Source of the DNA: an uncultured Alphaproteobacteria bacterium
GTDB taxonomy: Bacteria > Pseudomonadota > Alphaproteobacteria > Rhizobiales > Methyloligellaceae
Assembly (NCBI GenBank): GCA_963792045.1
Contig: CAWBUT010000018.1
Span: 670 to 64,669, forward strand
Length of the DNA: 64,000 nucleotides
Reading direction: 5' to 3'
The notes beneath the pieces were generated by a model that did no database searches, was not told where the DNA came from, and saw only the letters and a program-made list of their open reading frames with translations. The stretch's first letter is position 1. The number at the start of each line of letters is the position of its first letter. Position numbers and translations under genes: made by a program. Positions 12,947-30,594 of this stretch are shown in pieces.

Positions 12947-12972
12947 GGAACTTAACCCCGCCTCCGCCCGTT
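12947..12972 (+). promoter_or_regulatory. EcfG (RpoE2/SigT) general-stress promoter
   Basis: GGAAC-N17-CGTT about 36 nt before the ATG at 13009. Confidence 0.7.
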
Positions 12973-13008
12973 GGCCTTTGAGACCAAAGCCAACGCATGG
13001 AGGCTGAC

Positions 13009-13311
13009 ATGAATAGGACCATCGCGGGAGGCGCGCTGGCGCTGGCGCTTCTCGGCGGCGCGGCGCTGTTGCCGGCGCCCGCCTCCGCCAATTCCATCCA
13101 CGACAATGGCGATTTCGGCGGCACCTGGAGCCGCATCGGCCCGAGCGCAGCCACGGCGCACCGCGACGATTTTTACGGGCGGTACGGGCCGCGTGACTGG
13201 GGCTTCGGCTATTACGGCCGGCCTTACGCCTATTACGGCCCGAGCTACCACGACCGCGATGTTGCGCCCGGTCCCGATTATTCCGGCCCCGGCATCGACA
13301 CCGGCCTCTGA
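13009..13311 (+). CDS. Small secreted Gly/Tyr-rich protein
   Basis: SD GGAGG, signal peptide ending APASA, YGRYGP/YYGRPY-rich body. Confidence 0.7.
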   Translation: MNRTIAGGALALALLGGAALLPAPASANSIHDNGDFGGTWSRIGPSAATAHRDDFYGRYGPRDWGFGYYGRPYAYYGPSYHDRDVAPGPDYSGPGIDTGL

Positions 13312-13325
13312 CCGCCCTTTCCAGC

Positions 13326-13419
13326 TCTCTCTCCCTCCAGGAGAGGGTTCGTCGTTTCGCGTCGTTGCCCACCAGCGCGGCGCAAGCGGCGAAGGGTGAG
13401 GGGATCACATCCCCTCACC
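13326..13419. repeat. RIME-like intergenic palindromic element
   Basis: CTCTCTCTCCCTCCAGGAGAGGG...GGGTGAGGGGATCACATCCCCTCACC hairpins. Confidence 0.5.
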
Positions 13420-13460
13420 CGCCCCGCGCCCAAGCCGAGAGCAATCACGAGGAGATATCC

Positions 13461-13744
13461 ATGACGACATTGCGCAACAGCGCGCTCGCCCTCGCTCTCC
13501 TGGCCGGAGCGAGGCTGGCGTCCGCGCCGGTGCTCGCCGCCGAGGCGGATGGCGGTGCCGCCGCCGCGGGCCGTGCCGCGACCGGCGGCGCTCCCGATCC
13601 GGCGACTCGATCGCGCCGTCGAGCCCGAGTGCGGAGGTCTTTACCGGGCCCAACGGCACCGACATGCAAGTCGGCCAGCATGCCCGTGGCGCCGCGATGC
13701 CCGCGCCGATGCCGAACACGAGCGTGCCGGTCCGGCGCGACTGA
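13461..13744 (+). CDS. Small secreted low-complexity protein (frameshifted)
   Basis: SD GAGGAG, signal peptide MTTLRNSALALALLAG...APVLA. Confidence 0.5.
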
Positions 13745-13760
13745 TCCAGTATCGCTGTGC

Positions 13761-14386
13761 CTAGTTTCCGTTCGGACCGAGCGGCGGCGCGATGGATTCG
13801 TTGCCCGGACCGCCGGCGTCTCCGCCAGACGGGGGTTCCATTCCGCCCGGTCCGAAAGTTGCGCCGCCTCCCGTGCCTCCGCCGCCACTCGACGGAGCGC
13901 TCGCCTGCCCCGGCACGGACGTGGTCACGCTTTCATCCGCGTTGAAAGTGATGGTGGCCGAGACGGGGCCGTCGCGTCGATTGCGGACCTTTGGAGAACC
14001 CCACCAGGCGGGAATCGAGCACGCGCTCGGCGGCGTTCCAATATTGAAAATTGGAACTGGTTTTGACGGCGAAACGAAATTGATTGTCTCTCGCCCCCCA
14101 CGTCTCCGTGAAGCTGCGGCGCCGCTCTTTCCAATAGCTTTCGGCGTGATAGTAGAACGTATCGACGCGGATCGCCGTATCGAAGTAACTGCAGTCGCCC
14201 GTGTCGATCGAAATCCAGCCGCGCGAGATGTACTGTCCCGACACCTGCTCATAGGCGATGGCGACGTACACCATATGCGGGAAGTCGTTGCAGAATTTTA
14301 TTTCGCCTTCTTCGGCGGAAGCGGTCGATGCCGCAAGCAGGCCGATCGCAATGACGGTGCCGCAAACGCCAAGTCCTCGACCTCAC
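13761..14386 (-). CDS. DUF1036-like secreted protein with Pro/Gly-rich tail (frameshifted)
   Basis: Signal peptide, then IKFCNDFPHMVYVAIAY...SRGWISIDTGDC...FYYHAES. Confidence 0.65.
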
Positions 14387-14410
14387 GACGCCCCTCCCCA
14401 TGGCCACTCC

Positions 14411-15668
14411 CTATCTCGCGAGCTGCGCTCCTGCCTTCGGCACCACCTTCCAGCCGAGCGCGGCGAGATTGGTGGTGGCGGCGGGGCTCGCTGTGCCGGT
14501 GATCCACAGCTCGCCGCCCTTTCCGCCCGAGACGAGCTGCTCGAGCGGCGGGGTCCAGATGAGATCGTCCACGGGCAGGATGCTGACGAGGCCCTTGCCG
14601 GTCTCGAGCATGGGCGCGCCGCCCACCCGCACGAAGGCGCGCACCGGCGCCACCCGCTTGTTGAAGGCCGCGATCAGCTCGGCCTGGCGGCGGTAGAAGA
14701 AGCCCATCTCGATCGAGGGCGCGCGCGCCGCGCCCTCGATGAAGATCTCGCGCCCGCCCGCGCCGTGGAGACTCTCCAGCGCCTCGACGATGATCACCTT
14801 GTCGGTCGGAGTGAGCGTGGCACTGCCATAGAAGGCATCCATGGCCGCGTCGGAGATGCCCATGGCGGCGAGACGCTCGCGCCCCTCCTTCTCCAGATCC
14901 GCCGCCGATTTGTCGCGCAGCAGATCACGCAACCCTTCGCTGGTGCCGGCGGCGCTGATGGCGAAGCCGGCGGGCCCGGCGACGAAGCTGAGGCCGACAT
15001 TGGCGCCGGTCTCGCCCACCGCGCTTGCCGTCGCCAGCCGTTTGAGCTGCTCCTCGAGCGGGGGAAAGCTGGTATTGGGATCGACGCCGATATCGAAGGC
15101 GAGCTTGCGCCGCGCCGTGGCGCCGCCGGTCACCGACGCAAGCACGCTATCCTTATGCGGGTCGGTCGCCTTCATCGAGGCGTCGGCGCTGCCGAAGATG
15201 CGCCCCACGCCGCGGACAGTGTCGCCGATGGTCTGGCCCGGCGCGGTGACGAGGTCCTTGGCGGTCTCGACCGGCTTCAGCGCCGTCTGCGTTGCGGTGT
15301 TGACCGCGGTCTCGCCGCCATTGACCTCTTCGAGCTTGGCCGTGGCCGCCATCTCCCGCGCGCGCACGCGCAAGAGGTCGGTCCCCTTGACGACGAACGG
15401 TCCCCATTTGGTGTCGAGCCGGAAGGCGTATTGGAAGTTCTCGAGGCCGACGGGACCGCCGATCCGGTAATAGGGGCTCTGCGCCAGATCGGGCGGCAGC
15501 GACCTGGCTCGCCGACAAGGTCGGCGGCGACTCGTATTGGCCGGCCTGCAAGGCAGCGGCGGCGCCGCCGAAGAGGAGCCCAATGGCCAGCGCCGCGGTG
15601 CCTGCTCCCCTTGCGGGGAACCTATGAGCTGTTCGCAATTGTCGCCCCCATTGCTGACGCAACCTCAC
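14411..15668 (-). CDS. Conserved hypothetical exported protein (frameshift near 15500)
   Basis: Long ORF with high-GC3 codon bias, N-terminal hydrophobic segment, ARRKLAFDIGVDP motif. Confidence 0.7.
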
Positions 15669-15722
15669 CTTCCCGCCGCGGGGCGGACTCTAGCCCTAAA
15701 ACCGGGTGGCGAGAAGACCGCC

Positions 15723-16164
15723 CTATTTGCTCGTGCAGGTGCCAAAACCGCTGAGCGAGGCGTCGGCCGAGGTAAAGGCGATCGAGGCGGCTTCGCTTGA
15801 ATCGGCGACCGTCAATTGCCAGCCGAAGGCGCCGTCAATGCCGTGAATGATGAGCTGACCGGCGGAATCCGCGGCGGCATCGAATTTGTCCGTGCGCGCA
15901 AAGCCGGTCTCGTCCACGGCGGAGACCACGGTGTTCTCGAAGTCGACCGTGACCTTGAGCGGCAACGGCATGCCCGCCAGGTCCTTGCCGCCCTTGCACG
16001 CGCCGTCCGGCGTGCATTCGTTGACGGTCTTGAACTCGCAATGCAGCGTCGGGATCGGCGTGGGTGTGCGCCGCCGCGGCGTCCTTGGCCGGCTCCGCCT
16101 GCGCCGCGACGCTGGCCGCGACGGAAAAGGCAGCCAGGGCAACTAATCTGCTGATGATGGTCAT
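15723..16164 (-). CDS. Secreted hypothetical protein with Cys pairs (frameshifted)
   Basis: SD AAGGAG, signal peptide, LHCEFKTVNECTPDGAC...GFGTC. Confidence 0.65.
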
Positions 16165-16253
16165 GATCGTCTCTCCTTGCGCGCGGCTTGCGCGCGCCGA
16201 TGAATCCGGTTGCAGAAATTTAGACTGTCGAAGCGGAATGTGCGGCGTGCCGG

Positions 16254-16559
16254 TCAGCGGCAGTAATAGGGCAACGGCCCCACCACCGGGCACACCGGAT
16301 AGGGCGCATAGACCGGCGCAGGCGCCACGACCACGGGCGGCGGAGGCGCCACGACCACGGGCGCGCCATAATAATATCGCGGCGGGTAGTAAGGCGCCGA
16401 GAGCGCCGCGCCGGCGATGGCGCCGGCCGCGAAGGCCCCGCATCCCCAGCAGCCGCCGCGCCAGCGGGCAGATGCGCTGTCGTTCATCATGCTCAATGCG
16501 GCCATCGCCACGATCGCGATCGCTGCCATGCGTGCCAAACTTACTGTCGTTCTCGTCAT
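16254..16559 (-). CDS. Small secreted Pro/Tyr-rich protein
   Basis: SD AAGGAG, signal peptide ending ASA, GAIAGAAL helix, PVVVAP repeats. Confidence 0.7.
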   Translation of the reverse strand: MTRTTVSLARMAAIAIVAMAALSMMNDSASARWRGGCWGCGAFAAGAIAGAALSAPYYPPRYYYGAPVVVAPPPPVVVAPAPVYAPYPVCPVVGPLPYYCR

Positions 16560-16696
16560 GTGACGTCGGCTCCTTGGCTGTGGGGCAGAAATGAAGACCT
16601 TCACCCGCCGCTGGGTGGGGCCGGGCACTCTAGCCCGATTTGAGCCGAAATCCCACCGCTCGCCAACCCGAATTATTCCCTCCCGCCCGAACGCCG

Positions 16697-17192
16697 CTAT
16701 GACGGCTCGGCGAAGACGCGGTGGCACCACAGCCCGTAAAGACCGATGGCCCAGGCGAAGGGCGCGAGCAGCCAGTGGAACAGATTGACCCGCGGGCGTG
16801 AGCTGCATGCCGAGATGGTAGGGCGTGAAGGTGCCGAGCACGGCAAGCAGCGTGAGCAGCGCGGCGGAAGCGAGCACGAAGCCCGCGGCCAGGCGCGGCC
16901 GGTAGAAGCCGATGGCGCAGCCGATCGCGCCCCACACGAAATAGAGTCCGGCCTGAATGGGATCGAGCTGGAACCCCAAGGGGAAGCTTTGCGGATCGGT
17001 GCCCATACCCTTGATCGCATAGACCGCGAGCAGAATGCCGCCGAGCACGAGGAAATAGGCGCTGAGCCGCGCCGTCCACACCACGAGCGGGACGGTCTCG
17101 ATCTCGACCGTCTCGATCTCTTGCCGGGGTTGCGGTCGCGGCTTGGGAGCGTCCTCCGGGGACGCGCGCTTCTTCGCCGGTTCAGTCGTCAT
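16697..17192 (-). CDS. DUF4383-like membrane protein (frameshifted)
   Basis: Four hydrophobic segments and a terminal NLFHWLL motif. Confidence 0.55.
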
Positions 17193-17359
17193 GCGTGGCC
17201 TTCCTCTCGGCGCGGGAGCGAATTTATCCCATCGGCGCCCGCCCGCAAGACGCTGCCCGCGGCAAAACCCATTTTTGTCATGACGGCCACGCGCCTCATC
17301 CCTTAGACACGCGCGGGCGCGACGACGCAAATCCCCTTGCCAGCCAACCCCTGACAGCC

Positions 17360-18521
17360 ATGGCCGACGGTCCTCTCCAATCCTATCGCGATCTTGTGCA
17401 CAGGGGCGAGCTTGCCCCCGATCCGGCCCAGGAGCTCGCCGCCGAGAAGTTGCAATTGCTGGCGAGCCGGCTTGGCGGCCGGGCCCAGCCTGCGCGCGGC
17501 GCCCTGCTCGCGCCCTTGTTGCGCAAGCGGCGCGAGGCCCCGGAAGGGCTCTATCTCTTCGGCCGCGTCGGCCGCGGCAAGACCATGCTCATGGACCTTT
17601 TCTTCGCGAGCGTGGCGCATGCGCGGCAAGCGCCGCGTCCACTTCCAGGAATTCATGAGCGAGGCCCATGAGCTGATCGACCGCGCCCGCAGAAGCGATG
17701 CGGCCGACCCGGTCAAGCAGGCCGCCACCCGCATCGCCGCCGAGGCGAGCCTGCTCTGCCTCGACGAGCTCGAAGTGACCGACATCGCCGACGCCATGAT
17801 CGTGGGCCGGCTGTTCCAGCATCTCTTCGCCGACGGCGTCGTGCTCGTCGCCACCTCCAACGCGGCGCCCGCCGACCTCTACCGCAACGGGCTCAACCGC
17901 CAGCTCTTCCTGCCCTTCATCCGCCTCATCGAGGCGCGCATGGATGTGCACGAGCTCGAGGCCCATCACGACTACCGGCTCGAGAAGCTGGAAGGGAGCG
18001 AGCTTTATGTCACCCCGCTCGATGCACGCGCCCGCGCGCGGCTCGACGCAAGCTTCCGCACGCTCACCGGCCACGACCGGGGCGAGCCCGCGACCCTCAC
18101 CGTCAAGGGCCGGACGCTTGCCGTGCCGGAGGCGGCCTTCGGCGTGGCGCGCTTTTCCTTCGCCGATCTCTGCGAGGCGCCGCTGGGGAGCCTCGACTAT
18201 CAGCGCATCGCCCACACTTTTCACACCCTGATCATCGACGAGATTCCGCTGCTCGGGCCGGAGCAGCGCGACGCCGCACGGCGCTTCGTCACGCTGATCG
18301 ACGTGCTCTACGACAATGGCGTCGGCCTGATCGCCTCGGCCGCGGCGGAGCCGCACGCGCTCTATCCCGCGGGCGACGGCGCCGAGGCCTTCGCGCGCAC
18401 GGCGTCGCGGCTCATGGAGATGCGCTCGCACGACTATCTCCAAGAGCGGCCACGCCACGCACCGCGCCCCTCCCCGCAAAAACCCCATGAGCGCCTTGCA
18501 CGGAAGCGGGATTGCCGGTAA
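17360..18521 (+). CDS. zapE: AFG1/ZapE family ATPase (frameshifted)
   Basis: GLYLFGRVGRGKTMLMDLF, LCLDE, ATSN, LYRNGLNR, RTASRLMEM; located upstream of mdh. Confidence 0.92.
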
Positions 18522-18582
18522 CCAAACTTCGGGCGAGACTGAGGTAGAGCGGGCCCGGCGCGGCCGATGTAGCGGAGGGTAA

Positions 18583-19560
<978 letters not shown>

Positions 19561-19610
19561 GCCCCGCAACGCCGAAGCCTGCCTCAGCCATCCTCCCAGA
19601 GTAAGTTCCG

Positions 19611-20781
19611 TTGAATATCCACGAATATCAAGCCAAGGCGCTTGCTCGGCGAATACGGCGCGCCGGTGGCCGAAGGCCGCGTCGCCGAGACGGCGCAAGA
19701 CGCGGCTGCCGCGGCCCGCGATCTGCGCGGCGAGACCTTCGTGGTGAAGGCGCAGATCCACGCCGGCGGCCGCGGCAAGGGCGGCGGCATCAAGCTCGTG
19801 CGCACGCTCGCCGAGCTGCATGCCGAGGCCGACCGCATGCTGGGCAAGCCGCTCATCACGCCGCAGACCGGCCCGCAAGGCCGTCTCGTGCGCCGCGTCT
19901 ATGTCGTCGAGGACACCTCGATCGCGCGCGAGCTTTATCTCTCGCTCCTGGTCGACCGCGGCTCGGGCCGCGTGGCCTTCGTCGCCTCGACCGAAGGCGG
20001 CGTCGACATCGAGGCCGTGGCGGCGAACACGCCGGAGAAGATCACCACGCTCAGTGTCGATCCCGCGACGGGCTTGAGCCCGTTTCATGGCCGCATCATC
20101 GCCTCGGCGCTCGAGCTCACAGGCGAGCAGGCGAAACAATGCGCCAAGCTCATCGGCGCGCTCTACAAGCTCTTCCTCGACAAGGATGCGAGCCTGATCG
20201 AGATCAACCCCCTCGTCGTCACCAAGGAGGGCAAGCTCCTCTGCCTCGACGCCAAGATGGGGTTCGACGACAACGCGCTCTTCCGCCACCCCGATATCGC
20301 CGGCTTGCGCGATCTCGGCGAGGAAGACCCGGCCGAGGTGGAAGCCTCGCGCCACGATCTCTCTTATGTGAAGCTCGACGGCTCGATCGGCTGCATGGTC
20401 AATGGCGCCGGCCTCGCCATGGCGACCATGGACATCATCAAGCTCTATGGCGCCGAGCCCGCCAACTTCCTCGATGTCGGCGGCGGCGCCACCAAGGAGC
20501 GCGTGACCGAGGCGTTCAAGATCATCCTCTCCGACCCGCATGTGAAGGGCGTGCTGGTCAACATCTTCGGCGGCATCATGCGCTGCGACGTGATCGCCGA
20601 AGGGCATCATCGCCGCCGCGCGCGAGATGGCGATCTCCGTGCCGCTGGTGGTGCGGCTCGAAGGCACCAACGTCGCCCGCGGCAAGGCGCTGCTCGCGGA
20701 ATCGGGCCTCGCCATCATCCCCGCCGACGACCTCGCCGACGCGGCGAAAAAGATCGTCGCCGCGGTCAAGGGCGCACGCTG

Positions 20782-20782
<1 letters not shown>
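19611..20782 (+). CDS. sucC: Succinyl-CoA synthetase beta subunit (frameshifted)
   Basis: [41 protein letters not shown] motifs. Confidence 0.92.
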
Positions 20783-21659
<877 letters not shown>

Positions 21660-21725
21660 GGCCCCACGCTCGCCGCTTTTGCCTGGAAAGCCGGTTCCGA
21701 GCACGATACCTGCAAGGTTCGCCCC

Positions 21726-24602
21726 ATGACCCGACACGAGCTGAACGACGTGTTTAACCGCACGTCGTTCCTGCACGGCGCCAACGCCACCTATCTCACC
21801 GAGCTTTACGCCCGCTTCGAGCAGGACCCCAATTCGGTCGACCCCGAATGGCAGTCCTTCTTCGCCAGCCTCGAGGATGAACGCGACGCGGTGCTGGCCG
21901 AGGCCCGCGGCCCCTCCTGGAAGCCGTCGAATGGGGCCCTGCGTCCCCTTGTCGGCCCCGCGCGCCGTGCGCGCGATCGACGCCGAGGAATCGATGGCCG
22001 CCGCCCGCGACACCCTCGGCGCGCGCATGCTGATCCGCGCCTACCGCACCCGCGGCCATCTCATCGCCAAGCTCGATCCGCTCGAGCTCACCAAGCGGCG
22101 CGAGCATCCCGAGCTCAAGCCCAAGACCTACGGCTTCACCAAGGCCGATTACGACCGCCCCATCTTCATCGGCGGCGCGCTCGGGCTCGAATTCGCCACG
22201 CTCCGCCAGATCCTCGACATTCTGCGGCGGACCTATAGCGAGCATATCGGCGCCGAATACATGCACATCTCCGACCCCGAGCAGCGCGGCTGGATCCAGG
22301 AGCGCATCGAGGGGCTGGACAAGGAGGTGCGCTTCACCCCGCAAGGCAAGAAGGCGATCCTCAACAAGCTGATCGAGGCCGAGACCTTCGAGCGCTTTCT
22401 CGACGTGAAATATACCGGCACCAAGCGCTTCGGGCTGGACGGCGGCGAGTCGCTCGTGCCGGCGCTCGAGCAGGTGATCAAGCGCGGCGGCCAGCTCGGC
22501 ATCGGCGAGATCGTCATCGGCATGCCCCATCGCGGGCGGCTCAACGTGCTCGCCAACGTCATGGGCAAGCCGTTCCCCGCCATCTTCCATGAGTTCCGCG
22601 GCGGCAGCGCCCAGCCCGACGACGTCGAAGGCTCGGGCGACGTGAAATATCATCTCGGCGCCTCGTCCAACCGCGACTTCGACGGCAACCAGGTGCATCT
22701 GTCGCTCACCGCCAACCCCTCGCATCTGGAGAGCGTCGATCCCGTGGTGCTCGGCAAGGTGCGCGCCAAGCAGGACCAGCGCCACGACAAGGAGCGCAAG
22801 CAGGTGCTGCCGCTGCTCATGCATGGCGACGCCGCTTTCGCCGGCCAGGGCGTGGTGGCCGAATGTTTCGGCCTTTCGGCGCTTGCGCGGCCACCGTGCC
22901 GGCGGCTCGCTGCATTTCATCGTCAACAATCAGATCGGCTTCACCACGGCGCCGCGCTTCTCCCGCTCCTCGCCCTATCCGTCCGACGTCGCCAAGATGA
23001 TCGACGCGCCGATCTTCCACGTGAATGGCGACGACCCGGAAGCCGTGGTGCATGTGACCAAGATCGCCGTCGATTACCGCCAGCGCTTCGGCAAGCCCGT
23101 GGTCATCGACATGTTCTGCTACCGGCGCCACGGCCACAACGAGGCGGACGAGCCGGCCTTCACCCAGCCTTTGATGTATGCCCGCATCCGCGAGCATCCG
23201 CGCGTGTCGGAGGTCTATGCCGCGCAACTGGTCGCCGAGGGCCTGCTCACCCAAGCCGATGTCGAGCAGATGCAGGCGGATGTGCGCGCGAAGCTGGAGG
23301 ACGCCTTCGCCGCCGCCGACAGCTACCGCCCGAACCGCGCCGACTGGCTCGACGGCAAATGGTCGGGCATCGGCCATGCCGAGGAAGGGGCGCGGCGCGG
23401 CCTGACCGGCGTCGATCTCGATCTGCTGCACGAGGTCGGGCGCAAGATCACCTACATCCCCAAGAGCTTCACCCCGCACAAGACGGTGGCGCGCATCATC
23501 GCCGCCCGCCGCAAGATGATCGAGGACGGAAAGGGCATCGACTGGTCCACCGCCGAGGCGCTCGCTTATGGCACGCTTCTGCTCGAGGGCTATCGCGTGC
23601 GGCTGTCCGGTCAGGATTCGGAGCGCGGCACCTTCTCCCAGCGCCACTCGGTGCTCATGGATCAGGAGACCGAGAAGAAATACACCCCGCTCAAGCACAT
23701 CGCCAAGGACCAGGGCGAGTTCGAGGTCATCAACTCCATGCTGTCGGAGGAGGCCGTGCTCGGCTTCGAATATGGCTACAGCCTCGCCGAGCCGAACGCG
23801 CTCGTGCTGTGGGAGGCGCAATTCGGCGACTTCGCCAACGGCGCGCAGGTGATCATCGACCAGTTCATCTCCTCCGGCGAGCGCAAATGGCTGCGCATGT
23901 CGGGCCTCGTGCTCCTGCTGCCCCATGGCTATGAGGGCCAGGGGCCGGAGCATTCCTCCGCGCGGCTCGAGCGTTATCTGCAACTCTGCGCCGAGGACAA
24001 TTGGCAGATCGCCAATTGCACCACGCCCGCCAATTATTTCCACGTGCTGCGGCGCCAGCTCCACCGCCAATTCCGCAAGCCGCTCGTGTTGATGACGCCG
24101 AAATCGCTGCTGCGGCACAAGCGCGTCGTCGTCCACCCTCGAAGAGTTCGGCCCCGGCTCGAGCTTCCACCGGCTGCTCTGGGACGATGCGCAATCGCTG
24201 CCCGACCAGGCCATCAAGCTCGTGCCGGACGACAAGATCCGCCGCGTGGTGCTCTGCTCCGGCAAGGTCTATTACGATCTCTACGACGAGCGCGAGAAGC
24301 GTGGGCTGAATGACATCTATCTGCTCCGCGTCGAGCAGCTCTATCCCTTCCCCGCGCGCGCGCTGATCCAGGAGCTGTCCCGCTTCCGCGACGCCGAGAT
24401 GGTGTGGTGCCAGGAGGAGCCGAAGAATATGGGCGCCTGGAGCTTCATCGAGCCGAACCTCGCTTGGGTGCTCGACCATATCGAGGCGAAGCACCGGCGC
24501 CCGGCCTGCGCCTCGCGGCCCTCCTCCGCCGCCACCGCCACGGGGCTCGCCAGCAAGCATCAACACGAGCTGAAGACCCTGCTCAACGAGGCGCTGAGCT
24601 AG
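21726..24602 (+). CDS. sucA: 2-oxoglutarate dehydrogenase E1 (frameshifted)
   Basis: GMPHRGRLN, GDVKYHLG, NPSHLE, HGDAAFAGQG, WEAQFGDFANGAQ, CQEEPKNMG motifs. Confidence 0.96.
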
Positions 24603-24968
24603 ATGAAGAAGCGCCTCGCCATCGTCTCGGTGCCGGTCTCGAACCAGAAGAAGGCGCGGGACTTCTATGTCGAGGTGATGGGCTTCGTGCTGTTGCGCGA
24701 GCAGCCGATGGGCAAGGAGCAAAAATGGGTGCAGCTCGCCCTGCCCGAGGACGATACCTCGATCACGCTCGTGACCTGGTTCGAGACCATGCCCGCCGGC
24801 TCGCTGCGCGGCGCTGTCATCAATACGAATGACATCGAGACCTATCATGCCGAGCTGATCGGCAAGGGCGCCGCGCCGTCGAAGATTGCCACGGCGCCTT
24901 GGGGGCGCCATTTCACCCTGGCCGATCCCGATGGGAACGGCTGGGTCGTGCAGCAGAACCCGGTCTGA
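24603..24968 (+). CDS. VOC/glyoxalase family protein
   Basis: VSVPVSNQKKARDFY...PWGRHFTLADPDGNGW. Confidence 0.85.
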   Translation: MKKRLAIVSVPVSNQKKARDFYVEVMGFVLLREQPMGKEQKWVQLALPEDDTSITLVTWFETMPAGSLRGAVINTNDIETYHAELIGKGAAPSKIATAPWGRHFTLADPDGNGWVVQQNPV

Positions 24969-24983
24969 GGGGGAGCCGAGGCC

Positions 24984-28304
<3,321 letters not shown>

Positions 28305-28337
28305 CGCGAGCCCTCCGATCGTTGTCCTATTTTCCGC

Positions 28338-28365
28338 GTCATGGCCGGGCTTGTCCCGGCCATCC
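28338..28365. repeat. REP-like palindrome
   Basis: GTCATGGCCGGGCTTGTCCCGGCCATCC hairpin, same family as the element at 10960. Confidence 0.75.
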
Positions 28366-28394
28366 GCGTCTTTTGAACAGAGAAATCGCTGATC

Positions 28395-28488
28395 GTCATT
28401 CCGGACAGCGCGCCTAGCGCGTCGCGTGATCCGGAATCAGCGCATGATTTGGCGAAGCCACACTGGATCCGGCTTTCGCCGGAATGAC
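28395..28488. repeat. REP/RPE-like palindromic element
   Basis: GTCATTCCGG...GATCCGGAATC...GATCCGGCTTTCGCCGGAATGAC. Confidence 0.75.
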
Positions 28489-28493
28489 GTAAG

Positions 28494-29666
28494 CTAATCG
28501 AGCGTCTTGCGGAAGCGGAACAGCGCGAGCCCCATGGCCGCGATCATGAAGATGAACAGCGCCAGCACGTCGAGCTGCATATCGGCGAAGCCCGTGCCCT
28601 TGAGCATGATGCCGCGCACGATGCGGATGAAATGGGTGAGCGGCAGCGCCTCGCCGATCACTTGCGCCCATTCCGGCATGCCGCGGAAGGGGAAGGCATA
28701 GCCGGACAAGAGGAAGTTCGGCAGGAAGAAGAAGAACGTCATCTGCACCGCCTGCAGCTGATTCCGCGCAATGGTGGAGAAGGTATAGCCCACGGCGAGG
28801 TTGGAGGCGGCGAACAGGGTCGAGAGCGCGATGAGCAGGGCCGACGCTCCCCAGGATCGGCACATTGAAGAGATAATGCGCCGCGGTGAGGATGATGGTC
28901 ATCTGCACGAAGCCGACGAACACGAAGGGCACGATCTTGCCGATCATGATCTCGATCGGCTTGATGGGCATCGACAGCAAATTCTCCATCGTGCCGCGCT
29001 CGATCTCGCGCGTCACGGCGAGTGCCGTGTACATCATCATGGTCATGGTCAGGACGACGCCGAGCAGGCCCGGCACGATGTTGAGCTGGGTGATCCCTTC
29101 CGGGTTGTAGCGCCGCTGCAGCGTGAGCTGGAACGGCGCGGGCTCGGCCTTGACCGGCGCGTCGGGTCCGCGCAACTCCCGCCGCAACGCCGAATCGATG
29201 ACGCCTTGGGCGGCGCCGATGGCGGTGCCGGTCGCCACCGGATCGGTCGCGTCGGCGATGACCAGCACCTCGGGGCGGTCCCCGCGCCGCACGTCGCGCT
29301 CGAAATAGGCCGGAATTTCCACCGCGAACTGGGCCTGCCCCGACCGCACCAATTTGTCGAGTTGCGCCGCGTCATGCACTTCCCAGCGCAGATCGAAATA
29401 GTCGGTGTTCTTGAGCGCGGCGAGCACGGCGCGGGTGAGCGGACCGTCGTCGCGCACGAGCACGACCGTCGGCAGATGCTTGGGGTCGGTATTGATGGCG
29501 TAGCCGAACAGCACGAGCTGCATGACCGGCACCAGGATCATGGTGGCGAAGGTCACGCGGTCGCGCCGCATCTGCACGAACTCCTTCACCACCATGGCCC
29601 ATAGGCGGCGGAAGAAGCCGGGGTCGCGCGCGGACACCCGCGCCGTTGTAGCGGAATGGCGGTCAT
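28494..29666 (-). CDS. ABC-2 type exporter permease (frameshifted)
   Basis: KEFVQMRRDR, REIERGTMENLL, LSGYAFPFRGMP, LPLTHF motifs. Confidence 0.9.
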
Positions 29667-30594
29667 GCGGCCTTGTCCCTTCGCCCTTGCTCATGAACAG
29701 GATGAAGACGTCCTCGAGGCTCGGCTCGCCCCGCTTCCAGCGATGGGCGCCGTTCGCCTTCTTGGCTTCGGCCACGGCCGCATCGAGGGCGCTGCTTGTC
29801 GTTGACCGCTGACATGCAACTCGTTTCCGAACGGCGCCACCATGTCGATACCTTTGCGCCGGTGCAGCGCTGCCGAGAGCGGTTGCAGGCCGGGGCCGGT
29901 CACGATCCAGGTACTCAGGCCCGACTGCGCGACGACGGCCTCCGCCGTCCCGCGCGCAAGCAGTTCGCCAGACGCGATATAGGCGATCTCGTGACAGCGC
30001 TCGGCCTCGTCCATGTAGTGGGTGGAGACGAGCACGGTGATGCCTTCCGCCGCGAGCGCGATGAATCTCCTCCCAGAACTCGCGCCGTGCCTTGGGATCG
30101 ACGCCGGCGGTGGGCTCGTCGAGCAGCAGGAGCTGGGGCTGGGGCAGGATGCAGGCGCCGAGCGCAAGCCGCTGCTTCCAGCCGCCCGACAGATGCCCCG
30201 CAAGTTGATCGGCGCGCGCGCCAAGCCCGAGCCGGTCGATGGCCTCCTTGGCCGCTTCCCTCGGCTTCGGCACGCCATAGACGCGCGCGACGAATTCGAG
30301 ATTTTCGCGGATCGACAGATCCTCATAGAGGCTGAAGCGCTGCGTCATGTAGCCGACATTGCGTTTGATCGCGTCGGACTGGGTGAGGATGTCGTAGCCG
30401 AGGCAGGTGCCGTGGCCTGAATCCGGCGTGAGCAACCCGCACAACATGCGGATGGTCGTGGTCTTGCCGCTGCCGTTCGGCCCGAGAAAGCCGTAGATCT
30501 CGCCCTTCGGCACCTGCATGGTGAGATCGTGCACCACGACGTTGCCGTCGAAGGACTTGGTCAGGCCTTCGACATCGATGGCGATTTCCTTCAT
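29663..30594 (-). CDS. ABC exporter ATP-binding protein (frameshifted)
   Basis: [32 protein letters not shown] motifs. Confidence 0.92.
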
